Below, piece after piece: positions 11,068 to 21,510 of a stretch of DNA of 64,000 nucleotides. The notes under the pieces are model-generated. The model made no database searches, had not been told where the DNA came from, and saw nothing but the letters and a program-made list of their open reading frames with translations. The stretch comes from a virus: positions 92,224 to 156,223 of IMG/VR virus record IMGVR_UViG_3300045970_000382; one strand, given 5' to 3'. Within the stretch, counting starts at the first letter, position 1; each line of letters opens with the position of its first letter. The translations under genes were made by a program, and so were the position numbers.

Positions 11068-11799
11068 TTAATCTCCGATATCAACGGTGCGATTCATTAG
11101 AGCTATATAAGCTCTTGGATCTATAGTATCTTTATAAACATTGGCTAGTCTTTTAAATTCAGCCTCTTTAGCTACTTTATAAACTTGTCTAGCTTCTTTT
11201 TCTGTTTTATAAGATCCAAGACGTTTTAATCTTCCTTCAATATGACATCTAGCCACATACGGATTTGGCTTACCTTCAACATAAGTAACTCCGAGGATAC
11301 GTTCACCTCTACTAGAATCACCTTTTTCTAAAACATAATTTATTTGTGGTGGAACTAAACAACATGTTTCCGGTGAATATATCTTATTTCCTTTAATAAG
11401 CCAATCTTTGTCCAGTTGGTAATTTAAATCTGAACCCACCATTTGTAAATAATCATGGCAAAAGTTTTGAAAATTAAACCATCTTTCATCTACAGTACAA
11501 CCACGATAAGTAGGCCGTTTTAATTGAGCAGCTTCGTGATAACATCTTTTTAACATATAAATCCAACAATAATAAATTCTTGGATGTGATGTACAAGAAT
11601 ACTCCCCAATACCAATAAATCCAATACCAAAAAATTTAAGTTTTGGGTTTTTAACTCTACCATTTCTTAACTGACCCGCTTGACAAATTTTTTCAGTTCC
11701 ATCTTCAAATCTGACTCTTACGTTAATAGCAGAATTATACTTTATAACAGTACAAAAACCAGATGTATTCGTTTCAAACCTATCTCCAACTTTAATCAT
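11068..11799 (-). CDS. HNH-like/AP2 homing endonuclease, family copy 2
   Basis: Same motifs as copy 1. Confidence 0.8.
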   Translation of the reverse strand: MIKVGDRFETNTSGFCTVIKYNSAINVRVRFEDGTEKICQAGQLRNGRVKNPKLKFFGIGFIGIGEYSCTSHPRIYYCWIYMLKRCYHEAAQLKRPTYRGCTVDERWFNFQNFCHDYLQMVGSDLNYQLDKDWLIKGNKIYSPETCCLVPPQINYVLEKGDSSRGERILGVTYVEGKPNPYVARCHIEGRLKRLGSYKTEKEARQVYKVAKEAEFKRLANVYKDTIDPRAYIALMNRTVDIGD

Positions 11800-11813
11800 A
11801 TTTTATTCCTTAA

Positions 11814-12911
11814 TTAAAAAGCCTTGGTTGAGATCAAGTGCAAGAAATTACCATTGCAACTCTTGCAGGCTATAATGCCACTTGTGTAGCTGATACAGAT
11901 GTGGGTCATTTTAGGTAAAACTCTATTCAATATTTCTGGATCAACTTGGAAACGGCCTGATTCAAGTAGAGTTGCAACTTCAAAGCTATCATCACTCCTT
12001 CCTGATTTAGAAAGTGTGTCGAAGAATATGGTTTTATCTTTGCTTTCAATCTTGGTTATCATTTTGTCTTCAGGGGATACCAAAATACAAGCTCTGCTTA
12101 TGATATTTTCTAATTCTTTTGTTACTTCTATAAAAGAAGTAAACTTATTTTCTAAGGTACCTATCAAGTTTACAAAGTCTGTCTTAGTATCAACGTCTAT
12201 TAAACGGGTAAATATAGTCGTATTTTCATCTATTTCTGCTATTAAGAATAAATTATCTTCATCTTCTGACACATAAAGATCTATATATTCTATATCCTCA
12301 TTATCTGTTGGTTTAGCTTTTATCAATCTAATAAGTTGTTCACAAAAAGTGCTTGGAATAATTACATCTATAACAATGTTATCCATGATATTGGGAGATT
12401 CGTACTTATATCTGCTGACAGTAATTCCATCAATTGAATAAAACTCTAATTTTCCTTCGTCAATAATTAGCCTTACCCCGCTCTTTTCAGGAGAAGATAA
12501 ATCTTGAGAAATACTTACCAGACAACTAGCTAGACCATCTATAACATCTAGTGGTAAAGATATTTTTTGACATGATATTATGTCTGGCATAGTGAAAATG
12601 AAATCCTCTTTAGGTAAGGTAGGGAAACTCATTTTTGTTCTACCACTCTTAAAGATAATTTCATCCATCTTTTTAACTATTTCAACATCATTGCCTGAAA
12701 TAGAATTCAGCATCTTTATAAGCAGAGCAGCGGGTATAGCACATTCTATATTATTTTTGTATTTTACTTCTATAGCCTGTAAATCATTGTAGGCTGTCAC
12801 TTTAGTAGAATCAAAACAAAAATGGGTTAAGATCGGGGCAAATGATCTAGTCATGATAAAGGGATAAGCTTTATCTAAAAGATTTGATAATTCATTTTTA
12901 TTCACTAGCAT
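11814..12911 (-). CDS. dnaN: DNA polymerase III beta-clamp-like processivity factor
   Basis: 365 aa; PILTHF, AIPAALL, SIDG and VIIP..F patterns typical of DnaN; next to polA and dnaX. Confidence 0.75.
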   Translation of the reverse strand: MLVNKNELSNLLDKAYPFIMTRSFAPILTHFCFDSTKVTAYNDLQAIEVKYKNNIECAIPAALLIKMLNSISGNDVEIVKKMDEIIFKSGRTKMSFPTLPKEDFIFTMPDIISCQKISLPLDVIDGLASCLVSISQDLSSPEKSGVRLIIDEGKLEFYSIDGITVSRYKYESPNIMDNIVIDVIIPSTFCEQLIRLIKAKPTDNEDIEYIDLYVSEDEDNLFLIAEIDENTTIFTRLIDVDTKTDFVNLIGTLENKFTSFIEVTKELENIISRACILVSPEDKMITKIESKDKTIFFDTLSKSGRSDDSFEVATLLESGRFQVDPEILNRVLPKMTHICISYTSGIIACKSCNGNFLHLISTKAF

Positions 12912-12913
12912 CT

Positions 12914-14437
12914 TTATTTTCCTTTAATTTTGGGTAAGATAATTTTATAATTTATTGAACCTAACAACTCTGTTATATTTTCGGTTACTAATAAATTAAT
13001 TTCATCTGTTGAAAGATTAATTGGGACTTTTAATTCCAAATCCAGTAATTTAATAATAGGTGAGACTTTTATTAATTTTGTTTCAGGTAATTGTTCAGTA
13101 GTTACTGTTATGGATAGTTCTTCTTCTGATTCCACTACAACAGTACTGGATTCATTAATGATTCTTGTTTGTTGTCTTTTTACCAGTTTGATTTCTTGTT
13201 TAACAGGAGTTATTTTTTCAACTTTAGTCTTTTTAAATATGGGATCTGAAGTAATTGATTGTTCTAGTTCCTTTAAAGTTAAATCTGTTAAATGAACTCT
13301 ATTTTTCAATACATGTTGGTAATTATTTTCAGAACTTTTTTGTATTATTATTAACTTTTTCTTAGCTAATACCATTTCAGGTAAAAAATCTTTATTAAAT
13401 TTGTCTTCAATAAAATAATCATTAATGGCTAAACAAGCAGAGGCATAATTATCGTAAGAATAAGATAAAAGAAATTTTAGATTGTCTTCTCTTTCAAAAA
13501 TTCTATCAATAACAGTATAGATTCCAGGAACAGTATTTGAAGATGACGAAGCAGTACCTGCTAAATAAATATTCCCACCTTGTTCATAATTAAAATTATC
13601 TTTATAGTGATTTTTTAATTCTTTTTCTGCATTAATGTAAAATAAGGCATTAACAGTATCGCGTTCTAAATATCCAACATTTTTTTCAGCAGACAATTTT
13701 TCTATAGATGAATTTAAAGATGAGATATATGAATCAATTATTTTTCTATTGGATGGAGTTAAACCATAATAATGACTTGGACTAATAACACGACCTGCTG
13801 TCACTGCTATGCTTTTTATTCTATGAGGAAAATAATCGTATTTAACGACTTCATTATTCTTAATTACAAAATTTGGTATTTGAATATGGCCTAGTCTAGC
13901 TCCAAATCCCCAAGTACTGGAATCACAACTATAAAATGGATATAGTTTTAATATATCAAGAGCAGTTGCAGCAAATCCATGAATCTTTACACGAGGTGAT
14001 CCATCAGGAAGTTGAATATACTGCTCAAATACTCTTTTAATCCATCCCTCATACGGAGCAGCGTAAGGTCCTTTATTGACACCCGCTACGCCTATGTATT
14101 CATAGGCATCTATCATTTTAGATAACCATTTGAAATCTTCAAATAAATGAAATGCAGGAATAGGATATAATCCATTTGATTCCATGTATTTAAGTATGTC
14201 CCAACTGTATCCAGGATGACCAATCACATCTAAAGTCACATAGAATGTAAGATTTTTAGATGCATGTAAGTATCCAATATACTTGTCAAGCATCGTTTTA
14301 AAAAATCTTGTTCTGATTATATTGTAATTTAGATTTGTATTACTTCTGAAGGATTTATCTTCGTAGTGCTGAATATAACGAGCAAAAACTGTATGTGCTC
14401 CACTATCGAGTGATAACCATAACTCTTTATCTTTCAT
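12914..14437 (-). CDS. dpdA: TGT-fold DpdA-like 7-deazaguanine DNA transglycosylase with long C-terminal extension
   Basis: LDSGA, TLDVIG, IPAFH, KIHGF and PFYSCDSSTW motifs; folE and a QueD-fold gene nearby. Confidence 0.75.
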   Translation of the reverse strand: MKDKELWLSLDSGAHTVFARYIQHYEDKSFRSNTNLNYNIIRTRFFKTMLDKYIGYLHASKNLTFYVTLDVIGHPGYSWDILKYMESNGLYPIPAFHLFEDFKWLSKMIDAYEYIGVAGVNKGPYAAPYEGWIKRVFEQYIQLPDGSPRVKIHGFAATALDILKLYPFYSCDSSTWGFGARLGHIQIPNFVIKNNEVVKYDYFPHRIKSIAVTAGRVISPSHYYGLTPSNRKIIDSYISSLNSSIEKLSAEKNVGYLERDTVNALFYINAEKELKNHYKDNFNYEQGGNIYLAGTASSSSNTVPGIYTVIDRIFEREDNLKFLLSYSYDNYASACLAINDYFIEDKFNKDFLPEMVLAKKKLIIIQKSSENNYQHVLKNRVHLTDLTLKELEQSITSDPIFKKTKVEKITPVKQEIKLVKRQQTRIINESSTVVVESEEELSITVTTEQLPETKLIKVSPIIKLLDLELKVPINLSTDEINLLVTENITELLGSINYKIILPKIKGK

Positions 14438-14455
14438 CTATTATCCATTTAAATT

Positions 14456-14555
14456 TTGCTGTTTAAGCCGTGTTTTTATACAGTGCTATGGTGGTATTAC
14501 CGCCACCATTTTCTAATCGTCAGCACGTTGTTTTAGTTGAATTTTTACAGGTTTT
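14456..14555. repeat. ~100-bp phased T-tract element, copy A
   Basis: TTTAAGCC...CAGGTTTT; resembles the elements at 21742, 32282, 39292 and 58657. Confidence 0.5.
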
Positions 14556-15119
14556 ATCGTGTACTTCATAATTCATTAAAACAATATAAACTCTTGAATC
14601 AAGATTCTTTTTATACATACGAGTTACTCTTTTTATTTCAGCTTCTTTAGCATTTTTATAAGCTAAAAATGCCAATTCAATTGTTGGAAAATGACCTAAT
14701 GATTTATTCTTTTTATTAATGTAACAAAGAGCCCTATAAGGGCTCTTTGTTCTATTTGACCAAGATACTCCAATTGGAAGATTATTATTTTTACTCTTAT
14801 AACATGTCATAATGCAGTTCAGTTCTTGGGGCAGTAATACACACGTATCTTTACTATAGATTTTATTATCTTTAATAAGAATATCTTTGTCAAGTTGCCA
14901 ATTTAAATTAGAACCATTCATAGCTAGATAATCATGACAAAAATTTTGAAAATTATGCCATCTTTCATCTACTGTACAACCAATGTAACTCTGTTGTTTA
15001 TCTTGAACCTTTTTAACATAACATCTAAAGAGCATTGTACTCCAAGTAAAATAGATTCGTCTATGAGACACCGACGAATATTGGCCTTCTCCAAGAATAC
15101 CTACACCATGTGCTGCCAT
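14520..15119 (-). CDS. HNH-like/AP2 endonuclease, N-terminally truncated copy 3
   Basis: Starts at the GVG..G segment, lacks the first ~55 aa, reads into the downstream repeat element. Confidence 0.7.
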   Translation of the reverse strand: MAAHGVGILGEGQYSSVSHRRIYFTWSTMLFRCYVKKVQDKQQSYIGCTVDERWHNFQNFCHDYLAMNGSNLNWQLDKDILIKDNKIYSKDTCVLLPQELNCIMTCYKSKNNNLPIGVSWSNRTKSPYRALCYINKKNKSLGHFPTIELAFLAYKNAKEAEIKRVTRMYKKNLDSRVYIVLMNYEVHDKTCKNSTKTTC

Positions 15120-15121
15120 AT

Positions 15122-16249
15122 TTATTCGTAATTCCTTACACAGATTCCTCTTGCATGAAACGGCACTTTATACTCTGTTAGGTTCTGGTAACGGACTGTC
15201 AAATATTTACCTATTAAGTTCTCTTTGTCTTTAAACCATCTTGTTCTTGTAGCAGCATCGCCTTTTGGCCTCACATTAAATTCAGCACCTAACTTTGTGG
15301 CACACGTAAAAATGATTTGATTTTCTTCTTTACCTACACCACAGTATCCACCTGTGATAATAAATTCTTCTTCAAAGTAATCCTTTAATTTTAACAAATC
15401 ATAAGATCGATAATCTACTTTGTATAAACCATCTTTGTTGCGTAACATACTACCTTCATACCCTTGTTCTACTGCTTGGATATGAAATTCTTGAATTTCA
15501 TCATAGCTATTTACTTTTATAGTCTCAACTAGATGTATATTTTCAGTAGAGCTACCAAACCATTTATTTAGCTCCTCAAATCTTTCATAATAAGGAACAT
15601 CGAGTCTCACAAAATCATAGATATGAAATTGTATAGGATTATCTGATATGTTTTCACGAGATGTTAAAACTCTTTTAATCCTACTTACTATTTGATTCAG
15701 TGGTAAGTTTGGATTATATAATTCTCCATCAAGTATTGTTCCGACAGGGCATTTTTCAAGTATCTGTTTGCTAAAAATATCTAAGGTAGTAAAAGGTTTG
15801 TTTTTTCGTGAAGTAAATTTAACTGTGTTATTAGGCATAACTTCTGCTAAACATCTAACCCCATCCAGCTTTCGTTGTACGTATGCGGGGTATTTAAGTC
15901 TATCAGGGTGTTTAAGATATGACTGTGCCAGCATTGGTAGTATTATCTTATTTTCATTACAATCCTGTAAATCTTTTCGATAACCTTCATCTCGTTTTTT
16001 TTCAGCAGTCGAATCTAATTCAGACCATGCCTGCATAAGTGGAGAAGTTTCATTGCTCTTACCAATATTTTTACCTGATCTAATATGTTTGACAGCTTGT
16101 TGTTTCTTACCGTCAATATATCCATGTTCTACTACAATGTCAGCACTTTTATCATCTTGACTTTCAATCCATCCTGACCAGACTTTAATTTTGCCTGTTG
16201 ATGACTTCCCAAATAGAGTTATTTTATTGCTTATTGTAATCATTGCCAC
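15122..16249 (-). CDS. ATP-dependent DNA ligase
   Basis: PMLA, KLDG, LDGELY, YD, EGSMLR and LLKLK motifs; C-terminal OB fold. Confidence 0.93.
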   Translation of the reverse strand: MAMITISNKITLFGKSSTGKIKVWSGWIESQDDKSADIVVEHGYIDGKKQQAVKHIRSGKNIGKSNETSPLMQAWSELDSTAEKKRDEGYRKDLQDCNENKIILPMLAQSYLKHPDRLKYPAYVQRKLDGVRCLAEVMPNNTVKFTSRKNKPFTTLDIFSKQILEKCPVGTILDGELYNPNLPLNQIVSRIKRVLTSRENISDNPIQFHIYDFVRLDVPYYERFEELNKWFGSSTENIHLVETIKVNSYDEIQEFHIQAVEQGYEGSMLRNKDGLYKVDYRSYDLLKLKDYFEEEFIITGGYCGVGKEENQIIFTCATKLGAEFNVRPKGDAATRTRWFKDKENLIGKYLTVRYQNLTEYKVPFHARGICVRNYE

Positions 16250-16274
16250 TCCTTTTATATTGCTTTAAAAACAT

Positions 16275-16303
16275 ATTATACATAAACTATACAGTCAAGT
16301 CAA
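16275..16303 (-). promoter_or_regulatory. sigma70-type promoter with extended AGTTT-N3-TATAAT box
   Basis: TTGACT-N17-TATAAT upstream of the ligase. Confidence 0.7.
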
Positions 16304-16320
16304 GAGTTATAACTTGTTAA

Positions 16321-17055
16321 TTAATCATTAAATTCTACTACACGATTCATTAAAGCAACATATACTCTTGATTCTAATAAATTTTTGTAAAAATTAGCCA
16401 GTCTTTTAAATTCAGTTTCTTTAGCTACTTTATAAGTTAGATATGCTTCTTGTTCTGTTTTGTAAGAACCAAGATATTTATATTTTCCTTTAATACTACA
16501 TTGAGCTATATATGGATTTATATAACGTTCATCATAAGTAACTCCAATACGAAATTCACCTCTATTAGCATTACATTTTTCTAAAACATTATTTATCTCT
16601 TGTGGTACTAAACAACATGTTTCTGGTGAATAGATTTTATTACCTTTAAATAATATATCTTTATCCAATTGCCAATTTAAATCTGAAATCATCATTAGTA
16701 AATAATCGTGACAAAAATTTTGAAAGTTCCACCATCTTTCACAAACAATACATCCAATATAAGATTGTTGTCTTGATTGAGTTTCTAAATCATAACACCT
16801 TCGTAACATTTGAAACCAAACCATATAAATTCTTGGATGTGATGTACGAGAATAATTTCCTACGCCAATATAACCAATTCCAGAAATACTAGGATGATTT
16901 GGATTTTTAACATGACCTCCTCTTAAATTACTTGCTTGACAAATTATTTCAAATCCATTTTCAAATCTAACTTTCACATTTCTTGAATCTATAAATTCTA
17001 TAACAGTACAAGATCCATAATTATCCGTTTTAAAAACATCTCCAATTTTAATCAT
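16321..17055 (-). CDS. HNH-like/AP2 homing endonuclease, family copy 4
   Basis: Same motifs as copy 1. Confidence 0.8.
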   Translation of the reverse strand: MIKIGDVFKTDNYGSCTVIEFIDSRNVKVRFENGFEIICQASNLRGGHVKNPNHPSISGIGYIGVGNYSRTSHPRIYMVWFQMLRRCYDLETQSRQQSYIGCIVCERWWNFQNFCHDYLLMMISDLNWQLDKDILFKGNKIYSPETCCLVPQEINNVLEKCNANRGEFRIGVTYDERYINPYIAQCSIKGKYKYLGSYKTEQEAYLTYKVAKETEFKRLANFYKNLLESRVYVALMNRVVEFND

Positions 17056-17272
17056 TTTTTAGTTTCTCTGAAGTGTTGATTATATTAACCCATTCTTTTA
17101 TAACACGCATTTTACTGTGGGGTGTCAAAACTGAATCAAAATGTAGACGAAATCGATCTATCTCATATTTCGTTACTTCGTTTAGACGAAAAATTCTTAA
17201 GACAGTCTCTTTTAACTCGAAAGGAGACGAATTCTTATTTCCATAAATAGATAGATTGTAACGAGGCATTTC

Positions 17273-17629
17273 TTATTTTAAAAAACCTTGTAGAACTATA
17301 GATCCATTTTCATTATCTTCTGAAACAGATACTTTATCTGCATTAAAGTGAGTTAAGATTAATTCAGCCAGTAATTCACAGCTTGTTGTACCCATATATG
17401 GTATGTTGTTTATTTTATTGGGGAAAATAGTAGTGAGAAAATCATTGACTCTATGTTTTAGTTCAATAAATTCAATATTACGATCTGAATGATAAACTGG
17501 AATTACTACTTCTATATGAAATATATGCCTGTGATAGTTTTTTAAATATTGGCATTCTTCTGTATCAAGTATATCTTTCCAACAATGAAGTCCCTCGAAT
17601 GTGGTTTTACAAAATATATATCTTTTCAT
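17273..17629 (-). CDS. T-fold QueD paralog, DpdL-like
   Basis: FEGLH, LKNYHRHIF (LxxxHRHxF instead of QueD CxxxHGH), SCE.LA and VSED motifs. Confidence 0.65.
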   Translation of the reverse strand: MKRYIFCKTTFEGLHCWKDILDTEECQYLKNYHRHIFHIEVVIPVYHSDRNIEFIELKHRVNDFLTTIFPNKINNIPYMGTTSCELLAELILTHFNADKVSVSEDNENGSIVLQGFLK

Positions 17630-18751
17630 TCAATTTAGCCTTGTCATAGAAGAAATAATATGATGGAACATATTGGGTATAGCAGCAGCACTTTTAGTTT
17701 CCACTTGTTCTCTATTAACGTTTATTAATTCAGATAAATAATTATTATCCATTTTTTGAAAAGTATCTAATAATTTTAGAGTGTATTGTGTAGAGTAATC
17801 AGTATTAGCAGGATATCTAAACAGGTCTAAGAATATTTCAGGATATGATAATGCATCAGGAACTATGGGGATGCAACCTGCAAAAAGTGATTCAATCATA
17901 CTGATTCCAAAAGTCTCTTGTTTGGCTAAAGATATACTGTATTTGCATTGGTTTAATAGAGTGTAAAACTCATCCTTAGTCTTAGTAAGATTTTGAGTAA
18001 TTTTTAATTCATAGCCACGATTCTTTAATTCTTTATTAAGGAAATCTAATGAACTTTTACTTTTTTCTTTACTAAGTCTATGTGGAAAAGCTACCCAATT
18101 TTTCTTATGTTCAAGTTTTGTATTGACTAAAGATATTGAATCATAAAACGGTAAAGATGTCACTTTGATTTTTTTATTAATAGATATATAATCTTTATCA
18201 TCTAATTGTGTTCTCACAAATTTAAGAATTAAATTTTTATGGAACTCCGTTGCTACGAAAATGGTATTTGAAATTAAAAGCCAACCTGTTTCAAAATTTT
18301 TTGACCAATTTTGGACACATTTTTGATAAGTTAAATCCCACTCGTCCCAAGTTCCAGCGTGCAATATGCCAAATATTTTTATTGATATTTCTAACATGGA
18401 TTCAATATATTTTAATTGCTCTATACCAGGATTCCACAAGTCGTGAAAAAACACTCCAAACTCAGTTTCACCCTCATAGTGGTGATGTTTAATAATTTTT
18501 ATTATTTCACACATCTGGGATGTTTTCCAAATGCCTGTATTTAATGGATTTAAAAAATGATGATTATCTATTGTATTTGAATCAAGTTTACTTCCATAAA
18601 CAGTTATATAAGTTATGCCATTTTTATCACCTGAAAGTATTTTATTTAGATAAGATCTAATCCATTCATCCCATTGTTTGCTATAACGGTTTTCTATCGG
18701 TTCGATTGGAGCATTGATTAAAAACATTGTTTTATTCCTTATTATAAACAT
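17630..18751 (-). CDS. GT-B (GT4-like) glycosyltransferase
   Basis: HAG, FPHRLSKEK and ETFGISMIE...GCIPIVP motifs. Confidence 0.85.
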   Translation of the reverse strand: MFIIRNKTMFLINAPIEPIENRYSKQWDEWIRSYLNKILSGDKNGITYITVYGSKLDSNTIDNHHFLNPLNTGIWKTSQMCEIIKIIKHHHYEGETEFGVFFHDLWNPGIEQLKYIESMLEISIKIFGILHAGTWDEWDLTYQKCVQNWSKNFETGWLLISNTIFVATEFHKNLILKFVRTQLDDKDYISINKKIKVTSLPFYDSISLVNTKLEHKKNWVAFPHRLSKEKSKSSLDFLNKELKNRGYELKITQNLTKTKDEFYTLLNQCKYSISLAKQETFGISMIESLFAGCIPIVPDALSYPEIFLDLFRYPANTDYSTQYTLKLLDTFQKMDNNYLSELINVNREQVETKSAAAIPNMFHHIISSMTRLN

Positions 18752-19029
18752 TTAGTATTTGAGTAGGCCAGTTTTGTATCTCTTTTTTTAATGATTCTTT
18801 ACCCGTGTCCCCACTCATGTAGAAATCGAAAAGGCGACATTGTTCTGAAATAATTTTCATATTTTCAGCTAATAATTCTATACCTTTTATTATTTCAATG
18901 TCTTCGTGTGTAATATCATAATCTATTATTCCTTTTACTGAATTATGTATATCTGATAACATTTCATCTGCTAAATTGCTGATCTGATAATGCACGTAAT
19001 TGTAGTGTCCTCCACTCATTTTGTTTCTC

Positions 19030-19599
19030 CTATCTTATTGAGTCAAAAAATTCTGTTCGAGAAACTAGGTTCTCAAAACAACCAAGGTATGCAGTTGTAG
19101 ATATAGTGCTGTTATGAGTTTTTACTCCCCTAATTTTCATACAAAGATGCTGTCCTGTAATATGCACTATACAGCCTTTTGATTTAAGACTTCTATCAAG
19201 AGTTTTAACAATATCTGTTGTTAATTGCTCTTGAAGAATTGGTCTAGCTGCTAGTAATTCAATAACTCGTGGTATTTTACTTAATCCAATAACTACATTA
19301 TTTGGAATATACGCAAAATTTATTTTCATCTCAACTGGGAGAAAATGGTGTGGGCAAACACTCCAAACATCTAAATTCCTGAACGTTATCATTTCGTTAT
19401 AATCTGCTGGAAATGTTGTATTAAGAATCTTTTCCATTTCTTTTTCAGAATCGGGACTTAATCCTCTAAATATCTCTTTGTATGATCTTGCTACTCTAGC
19501 AGGGGTTTGTGCAAAATTAGGATCATTTAAATCTAATCCTAGAGTTTCTAATATGGATTTAAAGTGTTGTTCAATATCTAATAATTGATTAGGTGTCAT
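19030..19599 (-). CDS. folE: GTP cyclohydrolase I
   Basis: TPARVA, CPHHFLP, GLSKIPR, LQEQLT and HLCMKIRG motifs. Confidence 0.95.
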   Translation of the reverse strand: MTPNQLLDIEQHFKSILETLGLDLNDPNFAQTPARVARSYKEIFRGLSPDSEKEMEKILNTTFPADYNEMITFRNLDVWSVCPHHFLPVEMKINFAYIPNNVVIGLSKIPRVIELLAARPILQEQLTTDIVKTLDRSLKSKGCIVHITGQHLCMKIRGVKTHNSTISTTAYLGCFENLVSRTEFFDSIR

Positions 19600-19655
19600 A
19601 TTATTTCCTTAAAGTATATCCGATTATTTTACATCGGATATACTTTAGTTATTTA

Positions 19656-20624
19656 TTACTCTGTTACTTGTTCTTTTTCCTGTTCTTTTAACAGTTTAGC
19701 TGCCTTACGCTCTTCATTCAATTTTTGTAATGGAGAAGTAGCACGTTTTATTTCTGTTTTTATATCCTCATTAAAGAAACAATGAAAACCAGCAGTATCA
19801 ATGAACGCAGAAACTATTGTTTCCAATTCTTCTTCTGATTTGGAATCTATTTTTATTAGTATATAATCATCTGGTATGGGGTGTTTTGGTCCTTGTATTT
19901 TTTCTTGTTCTTCTATCTCTTTTTCTTCTTGCAAAACTTCGTTGTGGTCTTTAACATCGTTTTTTCCAGTAGCCTTGTCAACATGCTTTTTCAATTCAGC
20001 TACAGACCACTTTTTATCCACTGCTTTTTGAGCCATAGCAAGTTGTTCTTCTTTGGGTAATGATAAAATATTTAAACCATGCCAATATTCCAATTCTTTC
20101 TTAGTAATCATTGTTTGGATAGCACTTTCAAGCTTTATAAGTCTCAAAGCATTAGCCACATGGGGTCGTGACTTACCAATTTGTTTGGCGAGTGTTTCTT
20201 GAGTAAACTTGCCTTTTTCCATAAGACTTCTCAAGGCGTATGCTTCTTCTATGGGCGATAAATCAGTCCGTTGTAAGTTTTCAATCAAAGCTAGTAACGA
20301 AGATTCATTTTCAGTATGAACAGATATGATTGCTTTAATGCGTTTTTTATCCAATAAAATATGTGCCCGCCAGCGACGTTCACCAGCAATCAGTTCATAT
20401 TCTTCTCCATCTTCAGCCGGTTCTTCTAACAAACGAACTGCTATGGGTTGAATCATGCCATTAACATCAATGGATTCAGCCAGCTCTTCTAACTCTTTTT
20501 GGTTAAAATCCTTTCGGGGTTGGTTCCGATTAGGGACGATGTTTGAAACTTCTACGAATTTCAATTCGTCAGTCAGAGTTTCAGTGACGGTTTTTCTTTT
20601 TAAAGCACTCATAATATTCTCCAA
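19656..20624 (-). CDS. parB: ParB/Spo0J-like protein
   Basis: NQPRKDF, GMIQPI, GERRWRA, ENLQR..LSPIEEA and HTH motifs. Confidence 0.9.
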   Translation of the reverse strand: MENIMSALKRKTVTETLTDELKFVEVSNIVPNRNQPRKDFNQKELEELAESIDVNGMIQPIAVRLLEEPAEDGEEYELIAGERRWRAHILLDKKRIKAIISVHTENESSLLALIENLQRTDLSPIEEAYALRSLMEKGKFTQETLAKQIGKSRPHVANALRLIKLESAIQTMITKKELEYWHGLNILSLPKEEQLAMAQKAVDKKWSVAELKKHVDKATGKNDVKDHNEVLQEEKEIEEQEKIQGPKHPIPDDYILIKIDSKSEEELETIVSAFIDTAGFHCFFNEDIKTEIKRATSPLQKLNEERKAAKLLKEQEKEQVTE

Positions 20625-20675
20625 TTGATAAGATTAATATGTTTTATAAATTACAAATAAATAAAATCATGGCTT

Positions 20676-20704
20676 ATTATATACAAACTAAAACCGCTTG
20701 TAAA
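20676..20704 (-). promoter_or_regulatory. sigma70-type promoter with extended -10
   Basis: TTTACA-N17-TATAAT, AGTTTGTATATAAT. Confidence 0.65.
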
Positions 20705-20790
20705 GTGTTTTATAAAACTTTTTTAGGGGAACAAGACCCCGTTTTAAACGGAGTCTTATCTTAAGATATGCACTTTAGAGTGCATTGAGA

Positions 20791-21396
20791 TTATTTTTTA
20801 GTAATAGAAAAGACTTCACCAGCTGCATTGACAATTTGGCCTTTTTTGACAGCAGCTTCAAGTATACGGAGACTGTTATACCAGATGATATGAGCAGAAG
20901 ATCTTTTTGCAACTACGTTAAGTTTTTCTAATTCATCCATTAGACAATCGAGAGTTAAATCAAAATGGTCAAGAATAATTTCCCGCATAATGCCACTGTT
21001 GCTGGGTGCTGAAACTTTAGGAGTTTTAGGAGTTTTAGGTTCTTTTGCAGTTTTAGGAACTTTAGGTTCTTTTGCAGCTTTAACAGGTTTTGGTTCTTTT
21101 TCAGTTTTTTCTTTGATTGAACGGATTCTGGCAGGTTTTGCAACAATTGGAGTGTAAGCAGCAATAACTTCATCTAGACCATCCAGTTCAGGTGGTACCC
21201 AATCATCATTATCAATATTATTCTCGAATCCATCTGCAAAAAGTATGTACCAATCTTGAGCTTCAGGATCTAACGCGTCCCAATCTTCTTCTGGAGCTTT
21301 TGACAGCAAGAGAGCAACTTCTTTTAAGTATTCAAGTTTATCTTCGCCTGCATAAGGCTTTTTTAAAAATTCTTCTATCTTATCATATACTGACAT
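20791..21396 (-). CDS. Hypothetical protein with acidic N-terminus and KEPK/PKT repeats
   Basis: Low-complexity Lys/Pro linker; hairpins at 20733-20785 downstream. Confidence 0.6.
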   Translation of the reverse strand: MSVYDKIEEFLKKPYAGEDKLEYLKEVALLLSKAPEEDWDALDPEAQDWYILFADGFENNIDNDDWVPPELDGLDEVIAAYTPIVAKPARIRSIKEKTEKEPKPVKAAKEPKVPKTAKEPKTPKTPKVSAPSNSGIMREIILDHFDLTLDCLMDELEKLNVVAKRSSAHIIWYNSLRILEAAVKKGQIVNAAGEVFSITKK

Positions 21397-21510
21397 AATT
21401 ATTTTCCTCTTATTAAAAGTTATTAGATTTTTAATTAAAAATCTTAATTAAAATGAGCGTGAATTGTAGTTCAAAAATCTTATAAAGTAAAGAGTTGATT
21501 TAAATTAATT

